NCBI GenBank assembly: GCA_051362555.1
Contig: CM120644.1
Span: 15,894,534 to 15,958,533, forward strand
DNA length: 64,000 nt
Origin: Lingula anatina
Taxonomy: Eukaryota; Animalia; Brachiopoda
Direction: 5' to 3'
The notes under the pieces were generated by a model. That model saw only the letters and a list, made by a program, of their open reading frames with translations. It did no database searches and was not told the origin of the DNA. The number at the start of each line of letters is the position of its first letter. Position 1 is the stretch's first letter. Shown here one piece after another: positions 41,332-52,235 of the stretch. The position numbers and the translations under genes are program-made.

Positions 41332-41619
41332 GTAAGAATTACAGACCTCTTTTATAATTAACATATCGGATATGCCTTGTCCCAAAATGTGTCACTCCAG
41401 ATTGCAATTACTTTATTAAGTTGTAAACGTCTGTGAAAAAATAACTGACAGAATAACGAATTCCATCAAATAAAGTGCATGGCCTATTTTCCATTTTATT
41501 TTATATACTCATTATCTATTGGTTATTTTATTATTGTCATCATTATTTTTTAACTTATAAGCATAGTTACTGTTCATACTTGTTAGTGACTGATAGATGG
41601 GGGGGCACAGCGGCATTAG

Positions 41620-41715
41620 CCCAGCAAGCACAGAGCGTAAATATAACGTTACCATAACGTTTATATCACCATGGTAACGTCATGGTAACGTTATAAAACG
41701 TTCTGTGTCTGCTGG
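41620..41715. mobile_element. Short MITE with CCCAGCA termini (monooxygenase intron 2)
   Basis: ccagcaagcacagagcgt / acgttctgtgtctgctgg inverted ends with internal taacgtt repeats. A related copy lies at 45865. Confidence 0.75.
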
Positions 41716-41800
41716 TAGGACGAATGTTTCATAGAACCTACATTTTGTTCCAGCTGTAATATAAATATATGCCATTAATAATTATCATTCTCGTCTCCAG

Positions 41801-41984
41801 GACCCACACCTATGCGGGGCAGAGGACTTGAAATGCGAGACCTGGCTCACAGTGTGGACGGTGGGGTTGGAGGGACAGATCTGTACCCACCACAACACGG
41901 GGGCCAAGTTTGGCCGGGGCAGTATGAGACACATGTCGCTTCAGATCCACTGGAACAACCCGGACCTCAGAGGCGACTACGTAG
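41801..41984 (+). CDS. Copper monooxygenase exon 3 (third CuH His)
   Basis: Acceptor ttctcgtctccag. Translates DPHLCGAEDLKCETWLTVWTVG...MSLQIHWNNPDLRGDYV. Donor G|GTACGG, phase 1. Confidence 0.9.
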
Positions 41985-42427
41985 GTACGGTACTACTAGT
42001 AGAACGGATGGATATGGACATGGGTGCAAAATGTGTATGGGTTCGGCACGGGATTGTGTTTAAGTTCAAAGTTTAAAAAAGTCTTAAAATTAAACTGATA
42101 GAGTTAACGGTGATACATTATGTATAACCAAGACTGACAGTCAGGGCTATGATAATGTAATTCAAAAATAAAAAAGAAGCTGAACACAGTCTTAAAGTAC
42201 ACGGTGTACACGGTTTTCTAAAAGAACTATATCAGATGTTGGTCTGAATTTTAGGACTAAAAATTTCATCCAATGAAAAATAAAGAAACTATTAGACTAA
42301 AGCATTAAACCTTTAATTATCTTACATTGGTTTATATAAACGATTTGCTATAGCTTTAATAGCGGAAAGCCAGCTGATGTATATTTGTTTGAAAAGGTTT
42401 TTTTAATTCTTGCTATTTCACTCTTAG

Positions 42428-42631
42428 ATAGTTCCGGAATGCGTATTTACTACACTCCTCGACTGCGTAAATACGACCTTGGGAACGTCCAGTTTGGTCA
42501 GAACTACTTGGCGATCCCTCCACTGTCACGTGACTACGAGCAGCACGGCGGCTGTACGCCTTATTGCACGAAGAAAAGACTCCCACACCCAATTTATTTA
42601 ACCCGAACATACTTGCATATGCATCATTTGG
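42428..42631 (+). CDS. Copper monooxygenase exon 4 (DSSG linker, CuM HxH motif)
   Basis: Acceptor tttcactcttag. Translates (D)SSGMRIYYTPRLRKYDLG...LAIPP...YLHMHHL. Donor G|GTAAGC, phase 1. Confidence 0.92.
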
Positions 42632-44301
42632 GTAAGCACTGGTAAATTAATAAAATTCAAAGGTGTTAACGTTGAAGTGAAAAGCTAAGTGTCTATTAAT
42701 TATATATAAGCAAAAGGGTGTTTCTTTATTTTCTTGAGTATTTATTTATTTACTTGTTTAGCAAAATGAACGTCTCTTTTTGCGAGGTAGATATCAAGAT
42801 GCTAAAAACAGACTGGTAAGAAGCAGTCATTTAATGTGTGTTTCAGCCTGTCAAAGTAGACACTTTCAATGGCTGCAACACTCCAGCAGCCAGTTATATC
42901 TCACTATCGGTGGAAAGAAGACGGTCTAGTTCCCCATGGTCTTTCTCTGTGTCACTTCCTAACCAAGTAACGAGAGTAAATGTTCAAATGCTTTCAATTG
43001 AGGTTCTACAGATTTGTTTTGCCTCCAATAAACACGAACAAGACGGCATTTCTTCAAACATTACACCCAACAAAGACTTAGAAACACGAACATATTCGTA
43101 TGCAATGAATAGCTTCATGCAAGATCTATCAAATTACGGTTTCTCTGGAGAATTACTCATGGGATACAATTGTTTCGTAAAAGATAGATATGAGTGGTAA
43201 GATTCGGTTAACTTTCTGGTATTTTGCCTATCAGATCGAATTACCGCTATGCAATTCGGTTACTGCATATAACCAAATGTCCTCTGTAAGATATATATAT
43301 CCTATTCCTAAGGGCCTAACTCTCTCCCAAACTCTAATTACTTTAGCTCATACATGTATGGCTGTTGTCTTTTTACGTTCAATTATGTCTAATCTATCCA
43401 TTTGACCGCAATCGGTAGTACTGTAGGTGTCTCTTTTATTAAATTTTTGCTATCTTCCAGAACTGAAGGGTTTCAAAACCCTCGGGAATAGACAAAGTCT
43501 GTGCTGTGGTTTTTTTACCCGATTTTCAACGACATGTGCCATTCCAGATCTCTTCAAGTCGAAGCACCTGTTGAGAACAGAGCACCATTTCCGTTTGTTT
43601 ATAGACTGTCTCTCTCTGTTCAGCGTCATTTGTCATTCTCTTTTCTGTTGAAGTCAAAACACCGTCTGTGACTTCTACTCAATTTTACAATAACTCTCAC
43701 GTACTAGGAAGCATTTTCAACATTCAGATTTGATGGAGTTTATACTTGCAGCTACAAACGTTAGTGACAAGGATGTTAATGTGCATGCGACCTTCCATTC
43801 AGACCAAATTTCCCACGTAACTCTACAGTAAACAAATCTAGCTACATTTTGAGGGTTACTCAAGGAAATCGCTCCACTTCCGTATCTAGATATGTTTTGA
43901 GATAGCATTACCTAAGCTTGCCTAAGCCTAAGTCTGGAGGGAAAGGGCGCTATCAGTTTCTGGGATACATATTTTTGTTCTTTCTCCCTACCGCCCCCCC
44001 CCCCCACACACACACACACACACACTTCCCGCTCCCAAGTAAAAGTGAAACGAGCGAAACGAAATAAATCCAAGTAAGTATCCATTTCTGTGTTCTACTC
44101 ATTATAGTGAAACTGCCCTCCTCTATAGTTAGTTATATATCGAGAATAGACAAGTCTAACACATTAAAACAGTACTTGTGCCCCCCCCCCCCACATACCC
44201 CACCCCTCAGGGGACCTGGCTCCCTCACTGACAGTGGGAATTAATTGTATAGATAGACAGGTAGGTATATAGCTACACCAGATCCTTTTCATTTTTTCCA
44301 G

Positions 44302-44516
44302 CCACGGCAGGCGCCATGGAGCAGTACCGCAACGGCAAACTTATCCGCGTGATCGCTTTAGACCCCGAATACCAGTACGTGACCCCGCCCATCCACGTCC
44401 ACGACCCCGCGGTGGAGATTCTCCCCGGAGACGAGGTCCTTGTGCGGTGCTGGTACAACACGCTGGACGGAGACCGGAGGCGGTATAACACTACTTTGTT
44501 TGGGCTTGGTACAGAT
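44302..44516 (+). CDS. Copper monooxygenase exon 5
   Basis: Acceptor ttttcattttttccag. Translates (A)TAGAMEQYRNGKLIR...EILPGDEVLVRCWYNT...TLFGLGTD, containing the family I-x-PGD-x5-C-x-Y motif. Donor GAT|GTAAGT, phase 0. Confidence 0.92.
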
Positions 44517-44974
44517 GTAAGTTGATCATTATTGATTCTTAAATACGGAAGACGTTTGTGCGTTTATTTGAGACGACGAGGTGTAGTGATTGATTTCGTT
44601 ACATTTTATTTATTTATTTATTTATTTATTTCATTTTAACTTTTTAAAGTTCTATTTCTCTTAAGTTCTGTGATCTTTGATTAGTCAAATGCGGCCGTTT
44701 GATTATCATGTTTCTTTTCTGTATCTTTTCATATCCGGGATTACTCAATTATAATTTTTTAAACATACGAAATGTATCGATTGCGTCACAAAAGTATAAT
44801 GGCGGCACACAGGTTACATGAATATTCTGAACATACATTCGTATTTACGTCTTGTGTTCGACCTGCTGGTTTATAAGGAAAATGATGTTTTTATATCAAT
44901 CGCACGCAGTCTCGATATACATGTTATATGTGCTCTGTTTATAGGTAACATGCCTTCCTTCCTTGACATTTTAG

Positions 44975-45077
44975 GCAGAGATGTGCTACGCTTTCGTCAG
45001 CTACTTTCCCGCCGTGCCTCGTTTTGACCAATGCGCACAGTTTCAAAGTTTAGAAACTGGAGAATGTGCGAGGAAGA
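44975..45077 (+). CDS. Copper monooxygenase exon 6 (CuM Met, EMC motif)
   Basis: Acceptor ttgacattttag. Translates AEMCYAFVSYFPAVPRFDQCAQFQSLETGECARK. Donor A|GTGAGT, phase 1. Confidence 0.9.
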
Positions 45078-45407
45078 GTGAGTACATGTATTTGCACGAA
45101 TCCCCAGCGAGTATCACAAATTGATTTTTCTCTAGATATTCACAAATATGTCTCTAGATAAATGATGGTACATGAAAAGTCCACATAATTATCTACGAGC
45201 CTGGTAGTGGGTGTATTTTCACGGCAATATTGATATACTCGAAAACCGGTTTATACCTGTAGATCGCAGTTGCCCCAACACTTTTTTTAACAGCGTATAC
45301 GTTGGTGTTTGTGGGAAATTGTTGAAGTTTCCATGATTTTATTCTTTTCCATATAAAGGTCTAACTCACACAATATGTCTCTTATAGAAAATCGTACATT
45401 TTTCCAG

Positions 45408-45562
45408 CGGGACGAATAGGCGAATGCAATGTGGCCTCGTTTTTAAACCTAGTCAGTTCAACATTATCCAATGAAATTCTCGCAAACTGTCACCTGTCGG
45501 AAGTATGCCACGCCCAGTGTTATCTGCCGCTACAGGAACTCTTCAATCACGTATGCATGAAG
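45408..45562 (+). CDS. Copper monooxygenase exon 7 (Cys-rich C-terminal region)
   Basis: Acceptor catttttccag, phase-compatible. Translates (T)GRIGECNVASFLNLVSSTLSNEILANCHLSEVCHAQCYLPLQELFNHVCMK. Donor AAG|GTATGT, phase 0. Confidence 0.75.
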
Positions 45563-45578
45563 GTATGTCCGAGTAACA

Positions 45579-45848
45579 CAGTGGCGGATTTGGGGGGGGG
45601 GGGGGGGGTCAGGGGGGTCCTGACCCCCCCCCCCCCCCCCCCTTCGATTTGGTCCACTCTTGTAATTAGAATTTTGACTAGCTGAATCATAGTTCTAAAC
45701 CGTACCAAATGATATCGTTCACCCTCTAAAATACCAAAAATTTTCGGGGCCCTTCAGCGAGGCCCAAACCTCAAGCCCAGTTTGGGGGGGGGGGGGGGGC
45801 TTCGCATCCTCGGACCCCCCCTTTCAAATATTCCTGGATCCGCCCCTG
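45579..45848. mobile_element. MITE with CAG(T/G)GGCGGAT TIRs in monooxygenase intron 7
   Basis: cagtggcggat / atccgcccctg termini, perfect 5-bp direct repeat taaca on both sides, long internal G and C runs. Confidence 0.85.
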
Positions 45849-45864
45849 TAACATACGCATGCTA

Positions 45865-45979
45865 CCCAGCAAGCACAAAATATTATCATAACGCTACCAT
45901 TAAATTTATGTGACCAAAAGAACGTTATGGTGATATTATTGTAGGGTTCTAAAATGTTCTGCGTTTGCTTGCTTGTGGG
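45865..45979. mobile_element. Short MITE with CCCAGCA termini (monooxygenase intron 7)
   Basis: Starts cccagcaagcacaaaa, shares ataacg/acgttat motifs with 41620-41715, degenerate right end. Confidence 0.65.
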
Positions 45980-46498
45980 CATATTATTTATATCATTTGT
46001 AGTGTTTTAAACTTGTAAAGCCTTATTCGATACCATATTTGACTGATGGCTGATTGAAATTATAATATTTAAGGATTGCCTTACGCCGCATTAGAAGTGT
46101 GGGTTTTAAGAGTTAGGATTCTTAAAAAGCGAGAGTAATTATTAGTACTAGTTTTTAACACGACGCAACTCAAATCCACATGCCAAATAAACCAACTGAA
46201 ACTCTCCGACCGCAAAAAAAGTTTTAAAACTACACCTTCTTCGAATATCTCAGCGAATATTGACCTTATTGTACATGTACTCGTACAGAGTTACTTACTT
46301 TCACTCCAGTTCGTAAACCATGGGAAGTAAGTAGAAAATTTCTGTTCAAACATCAAAGAAATGTAATAAAACTGTGATATTTCTTGAAATAATGTAATTT
46401 GAAACTTTTTGGTGACATTTGGTCAGGTTTAGCGGCAATGATTTGACATGAGCACTTGTATAATGTACATCTTCAAATAAGTGATTATTATTATTAAT

Positions 46499-46534
<36 letters not shown>

Positions 46535-46540
46535 TTTTAG

Positions 46541-46639
46541 GGTCCACTTGCCATGTATTTCACGCAGAACCAGCTGATGAGCGTGCCGGCTTGGCCGAGG
46601 ATTGTGAATATTTATAACCACGCCAGAACTAAATGCTAG
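46541..46639 (+). CDS. Copper monooxygenase exon 8 (terminal)
   Basis: AG acceptor after an (ATTT)n tract. Phase 0 reads GPLAMYFTQNQLMSVPAWPRIVNIYNHARTKC then TAG. Joined CDS is 1278 nt, 425 aa. Confidence 0.7.
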   Translation, partial: GPLAMYFTQNQLMSVPAWPRIVNIYNHARTKC

Positions 46640-46790
46640 AGGGCAGCAGGGGCTCTAGGATTCCCTTCCCCACCAAATGAAAATAATAATTGAAAACTTA
46701 AACGATGACTGAGCGTTTAACCATTTTATGTATTTATTTATTTATATTTGATAAACACTGTTGCTTGACATTTTGAAACGACTAACCATT

Positions 46791-46829
<39 letters not shown>

Positions 46830-47087
46830 TTAAATATGCACTGTTTCTTGAATTTTGTTACATGACGGTGTATCAATTCTTTTTGACCAAAGGTTTATTG
46901 ATTATCATTAAAACCTTTCAACTATCTTCTTGTGGCAAGACTCGTAAGTATTGTCCACAAAAACGATTTATTTTGTGAAGCAGGAGAGACTATTTAATTT
47001 CGATATGAGCGAGTGCTGCACGTTAGCTAGCCTCAAAGTTGACTAAATACTGCGTCTTTGAAGACTTGGCCATCTTCACATGGTTAC

Positions 47088-47093
47088 AATAAA
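47088..47093 (+). terminator. Candidate poly(A) signal of the monooxygenase gene
   Basis: First AATAAA I noticed downstream of the stop at 46639, after an ATTTA-rich UTR. Confidence 0.4.
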
Positions 47094-47703
47094 AGATATA
47101 TCCGATGAAAAAAAAAGATGCACATTGGATGGAATATAATTCTTTGAAGTAAAATGATTTGGCCATTTGGATTCAACCTTGTCTTTAAATATTGAGCGTC
47201 ACCGACAACTGAAATCCAGACAAGCGTGTAATGTAAATGAATTTGCGCCACGTTCACAGCACCAGTCAACCGATGCCTACCTTCAAATGCATAACCTATA
47301 CTTTACACACACACACACACACACACCCATCTCCTACATTTTATTTTCTGAACGGGAAGACCAGTACAAATACGCACACACACACTTACAATTGGATTCG
47401 TACTACATGTACATGACAATGAGCATTTTTTTCTATCATATTTTTAGGCAAGTTTATCAAAGACATGCGGCAGTGTCCTGTTGATTTGGTTTTAAATCAA
47501 TGTGGCCGAAATCGAGTAACTTATAGGTGGCAAAAAAAAATATTCGCCTCGAAAGTGTTGCTATAAATAAAAACGTTATATCTACATTTTTATAATAATA
47601 GTAATAAAATCCAGTGCAAAAAATGCCACTTACCTCTCTCATCTGGGCCAAAGACCTGCCTTCGTTATTTACGTGGCAACAGTGTAAAATATATAGAAAC
47701 CAG

Positions 47704-47850
47704 GGCCCCGTATCTCGAAAGCTTCGCTATGTTGCGCACGTGCGCAAGCGTCTCGATTCCATTACTCGCCCATACTCGTCCCATATAATACACTGTAGCC
47801 TCTTTTTGATATGGCGATTCGCAATACGCGATGCTTTCGAGATACGGGGC
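47704..47850. mobile_element. Harbinger-like MITE with CAG target duplication, present only in duplicate copy 1
   Basis: TIR ggccccgtatctcgaaagc / gctttcgagatacggggc, cag on both flanks. The paralogous site near 56838 is empty. Confidence 0.88.
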
Positions 47851-48479
47851 CAGCTTTAACTGTCTTTTTAGCATGTCGGAAAAAATCTTTACGATTACCA
47901 TTAGAAACAATTGTTTTGTTATGTGACGCCATAATGATAACGCCATACGTTACGTTTTATTTCCGAGTAGATGTTAATTGACGTCACAGAAAACTTCCTC
48001 GCAACATTGTCACCCACATTACGTCATTACGCCACTGTGCTTTTCATCGTTGTGGGTTCCGCTTGATTAAAGATAAGACAACTTATAAGTTTCTTAAATG
48101 AAACACTTTTAAAGCATTTTGATTTTTAGTTCAAATTTTACCGCTAAATTTGTTTTCTTTTTAATTTAAAAAATCCGTCTGTTGATCCGTCGATTTGGAG
48201 AAAAGCACATTTTGACTTCTCTAACACAATCCCGCAGTAGTGATTTAAGTTGGATTCATTCAGTGATCTGTGGAACCTGTTTGATATAATGACGGCTGAT
48301 AAAATGTGATTGGTTTTGCCATAATGGTCTTTACAGACCACGCTCCCCGTTACAATATGAGGATCCATTGTGCCTTATCAAATAAAAAAAGAAAAAGACA
48401 AAAAAGGAAGGCTAAATTTTAAATCGAGGCTTCCGTACGGAAAGTGGATGGCCTATATACATTGTTATGAAAATCAGGT

Positions 48480-49490
48480 GACCATTTGGTGAGAGGTGCT
48501 CAGATACGTCCAAGGTCAGGAGAAGAAAGAAGAGATGGCGAAGAAAGAAGCCTCATGTCGAAATGCTACGAATTTTACAGGTAAGCTGGACGTTTTGCAC
48601 CTAAACTGGCAACAATTTGTTGTACGTACTGTGTAGATTAGTGCCTACAGGTATGTGTACGTAAAAAAAAACGTTGCTTAATTTGCGTTGACGATATTTG
48701 TCGTAAAAAGTGCGTTCTACATTTTAGTCATGATAACCATATGAATATTTGTTACATTATATTTGAATGGTTCTTTCCTTTAAAGTCGAGTACAGACGGC
48801 TAAAATAGATTATTTTCTTTTGTTTGACAGGGAGGACGCTTTTGCCACTAACCACTTAACCATGGCCAGTAAAGGGCGTATTCCAGCTTTCAAGATGTCT
48901 GAACTCCTTGATGTCTTCAACGATGTAATATTGCTACACAGGTACATGTAATAACATTCACGGCTCCATGTGGATCTGTTATTTTATTGCTGACTGTGAC
49001 GATTTGCTTGAGTTCTTTTACATCCCGTCATTTGCTACAAAGAATTTCAATCTAGAAACTAGTTCAAATTATTCTACTATTCATGAGGAAGGCCTAGGGG
49101 CCCAAAGCTTGAATTACATATTTACATCTTTATAGTAGACGCATCGGTATTATAACTTATTTACTTCTTAAAGACGCATCGGTATTATAACTTTTTTATT
49201 CTAAAAGATCTATACGGTTATTTGATATGAATCTTTAAATTTGTCTGTTATAATGATTATATACTGCTTTAGCAAATCGACAGACATTGCTTTGTTAATC
49301 TGAATTTCTTTGTTCAATTTCAGTGACTTTTAACCACAGCTAGAAGGAAATTGGTAGCATCTTCCACCAAAGACATCAGATTCGTGTTCGCCAGTACCCG
49401 ATCGCGAGCCACGATTGTCTCGCTTGCCGACGTTTGTCATCTAGACTATTTGCAGGGTTGACATTTAATATGAAATGCACAGATTACATT
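48480..49490 (+). ncRNA. Candidate spliced non-coding transcript (3 exon-like blocks), copy 1
   Basis: Donor CAG|GTAAGC at 48580/1, exon 48831-48941 with a pyrimidine-rich acceptor, acceptor at 49323. All sites are retained in copy 2 but the reading frame is not. Outer ends are approximate. Confidence 0.35.
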
Positions 49491-49607
49491 GGGTGGTAAT
49501 ATTTTTCGCCAAAATGTAGAGAAATCAGATGAAGCATCGCACGTAACGAGTATTTTTTTCGTGAAACTTATTATTATCAACATGAAACTGTATTAAGTGT
49601 CAACCCT

Positions 49608-50000
49608 GTTTTGCCCATATTCCACACCGTCTATGAATTTTACGTACCGTTGGGAGTTGAGAAATCCTTGGGTTCTTAGTTTAATTGTCATAAATTATTT
49701 ACACGTACCGGTAATCTCTTAACTGATTTTTGCTTAGTGTCAGCCAATTCTTGCAATTTTGAAAGAATGTCAAATCTGCCTAAAAAATTCGCCCAAGTTT
49801 ATTTATCACCAATTTATTTTCATACTTCAGTTCTATAGCCAGTGCTCTATGTTTAACATCAATTTAGGAAGTGAATTCAAGCCAGACCAGGGACACGATT
49901 TTTACCAGAAATGTACAAAATTTCGCGATTCCCCACCATTTCTAAAATTCATCAATTCCTGGCAGTTTGTAGAGTTCGTAGACGGTATGGAATAGGGGCA
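49608..50000. mobile_element. Inverted-repeat element inside the 9 kb unit (copy 1)
   Basis: Imperfect ~50 nt TIRs: tgcccatattccacaccgtctatgaatt / gagttcgtagacggtatggaataggggca. Confidence 0.7.
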
Positions 50001-51017
50001 TAAGTCTCATGAAGAGTCCGCGTATACTCATGTGTTGCGGCACAGTACTCTATCTGTCCATGGTGTTTTTTGGTAAATTTATGTGACTTTTTTTAGTTCG
50101 GAAAAAAAGGTGCCCATCTGTTTCTGGAACCGGAACGAAACTTGTGTAATTACCCTTTAACAGAAATAATGTCAGTACAAAAGTGGTTCGCTTAATTAAG
50201 CATTGTGTGAAAATAAATGATGCAGTTATTGTTGTAAAGTTATCACTAATGTTCAGGAAGAGTACTGTGCTAGTACGACCTTTGATTTTCTTTTTTCATT
50301 TATCTATTTATTTATTTATTTGTTTATTTATTGCGGTGATATATTACGTGTGGGCAAATCTGCAATTAGATATATTGCTTTGAAATGCATTGGTTTCATT
50401 CCTTTTGAATAGATCTCTAACATTTAACTTAATTAGGTTAACCCCGGGGAACAAAATTCGCAACTTAATTACGTCTAGTGTATATAGGTGACATTTATTA
50501 CTATGTTGTTTGTATAGTTGTAAAAAGAAATTGAGATGAATATCTGCAAAAATTATAACTTTGACCGGTTTGCTTCAGTATTATGAAACTGCACAAATGT
50601 GCCTAGGTTAATGCAGAATTGCCCACACGTTTTGAATAAGTATTCTTAAAACCGTGAAAATGGAATTGTGACGTATGCTAGGAATAAACTTGCTTTGGTT
50701 CTCGGTGTTTTGATAGCGTGTGTATGCAAATATCACAAACCAGAAATGGGGTTATCATCAAGAAACAACTGGTTAATTAATAAAGGTGAATTATTTCGGA
50801 GCTTTCATCATTAAAATGTTTATGTTGGACTGGCATTTATCATAACCTTTTCCACTTTGAATTTTTGAAAATTGCTTATCAAACTCAAATTGATTATTAT
50901 ACCTTTATGAAAATTTAATATTTGGGGTAGCGAGTATGTCCACGATATTGATTTAAGGCCACCAACTTTTTCCAATCTTCACAAGTACAATATGAATGAA
51001 TTCATTGAGACATTTAC

Positions 51018-51050
<33 letters not shown>

Positions 51051-52235
51051 GAAAATTCCATAAGACTTTATCAATCCCTATCGCTATTTTAAAGCAGTTC
51101 TTTCACATTGCCAATTATTTGCGACTTTACCAAATTATCATCTAAGCATAATATTTTTCATGGTTATTTTGTTTCTCTCAATAAACATCAAAAATCGACA
51201 TTCAAAAAATATATACGCATAAAAATTGTCCTATTTGCCATTTTTAGAACTAATTTTTACCAAAACTTTGTAGCTAGGCGTGCTATGTAATGTTGGTCTT
51301 GTACACAGTACTTCTAAAATTCTGCAATGTCTTTTGGTAGGGTCAAAGGATAATTGAAAAAAAGACCGCATAATATGCCAGTCCAACACGTCCTAATGGG
51401 TTATAAATGCTTGGTGTCTCTTGATCACTGAACACCGGGAACCAGAGTTAAATTTATCAGTATTTTCTGAATCAATGTGTTGGTAAGTTATATCAAGTAA
51501 GCTGATTTCTGTGTATTCACTTTCTTGTGTGTATTATGCCTAAGATGGATATGGATTAGATACAGTTGTAAAATCGCCATGTTTTTTATGTCGTTCCTGA
51601 TTCGCACGCTGTGAAACTTGTTTTCTAAGGAAAAAATTTAGCAGATACATGTACATGTTTTAGGATTTGATGTGAGCTACATATATCTATCAATTAGTAG
51701 GACAACCAAAAATCTTTGAGAAATAATTTGTTTTGGCTCAGTCTTTGGTTTTGCGTGCGAACTTCAGCGCGACGACATAGAACAAGGAGTGTTTGTATAT
51801 TTGAGGTGAATGACATTATATGCATTTTGAATTCCCGTATGCGAATGAACTACTGAGTTTACGCAATTATTTCAATGAAATAAAATAAATGCACAAACTT
51901 CAATTAATTTTTAATCGGACCTAACCCTGTAAATTCTATTTTCTGGTTTTTACATTGTTGGCTGCTTCATTCCACAGAATCTTTTCTATATATTAAAATA
52001 AAAATGTAGTTTGAGTAGTGATTTTCAAAATGCATAAAATGTCTGACTTGTTGGTGGATCGTAGCTTTTCCATTTTTGACTTGTAAAATAATTAAAATAG
52101 GAATTGCTTTTAATGTAGAATACAAATGTCATTTTAACTTAGTCTAATTGTAAATAATGAAATTGTTTCAACTCGTTAGAAAAATAATAAACTTATATTT
52201 GTTAGATTTTTTGTCAAAATATACTGATTCTTTTT

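Noticed and set aside
46541-46617. Direct splicing of exon 6 to the last exon in phase 1 (RSTCHVFH...CEYL, stop)
   Set aside because: Formally possible, but a phase-compatible Cys-rich exon with good splice sites exists at 45408-45562, so the phase-0 reading was preferred.
48144-48368. Minus-strand ORF MDPHIVTGSVVCKDHYG in a conserved block of the duplication
   Set aside because: The paralogous copy has a frameshift and early stop, and no domain is recognisable.
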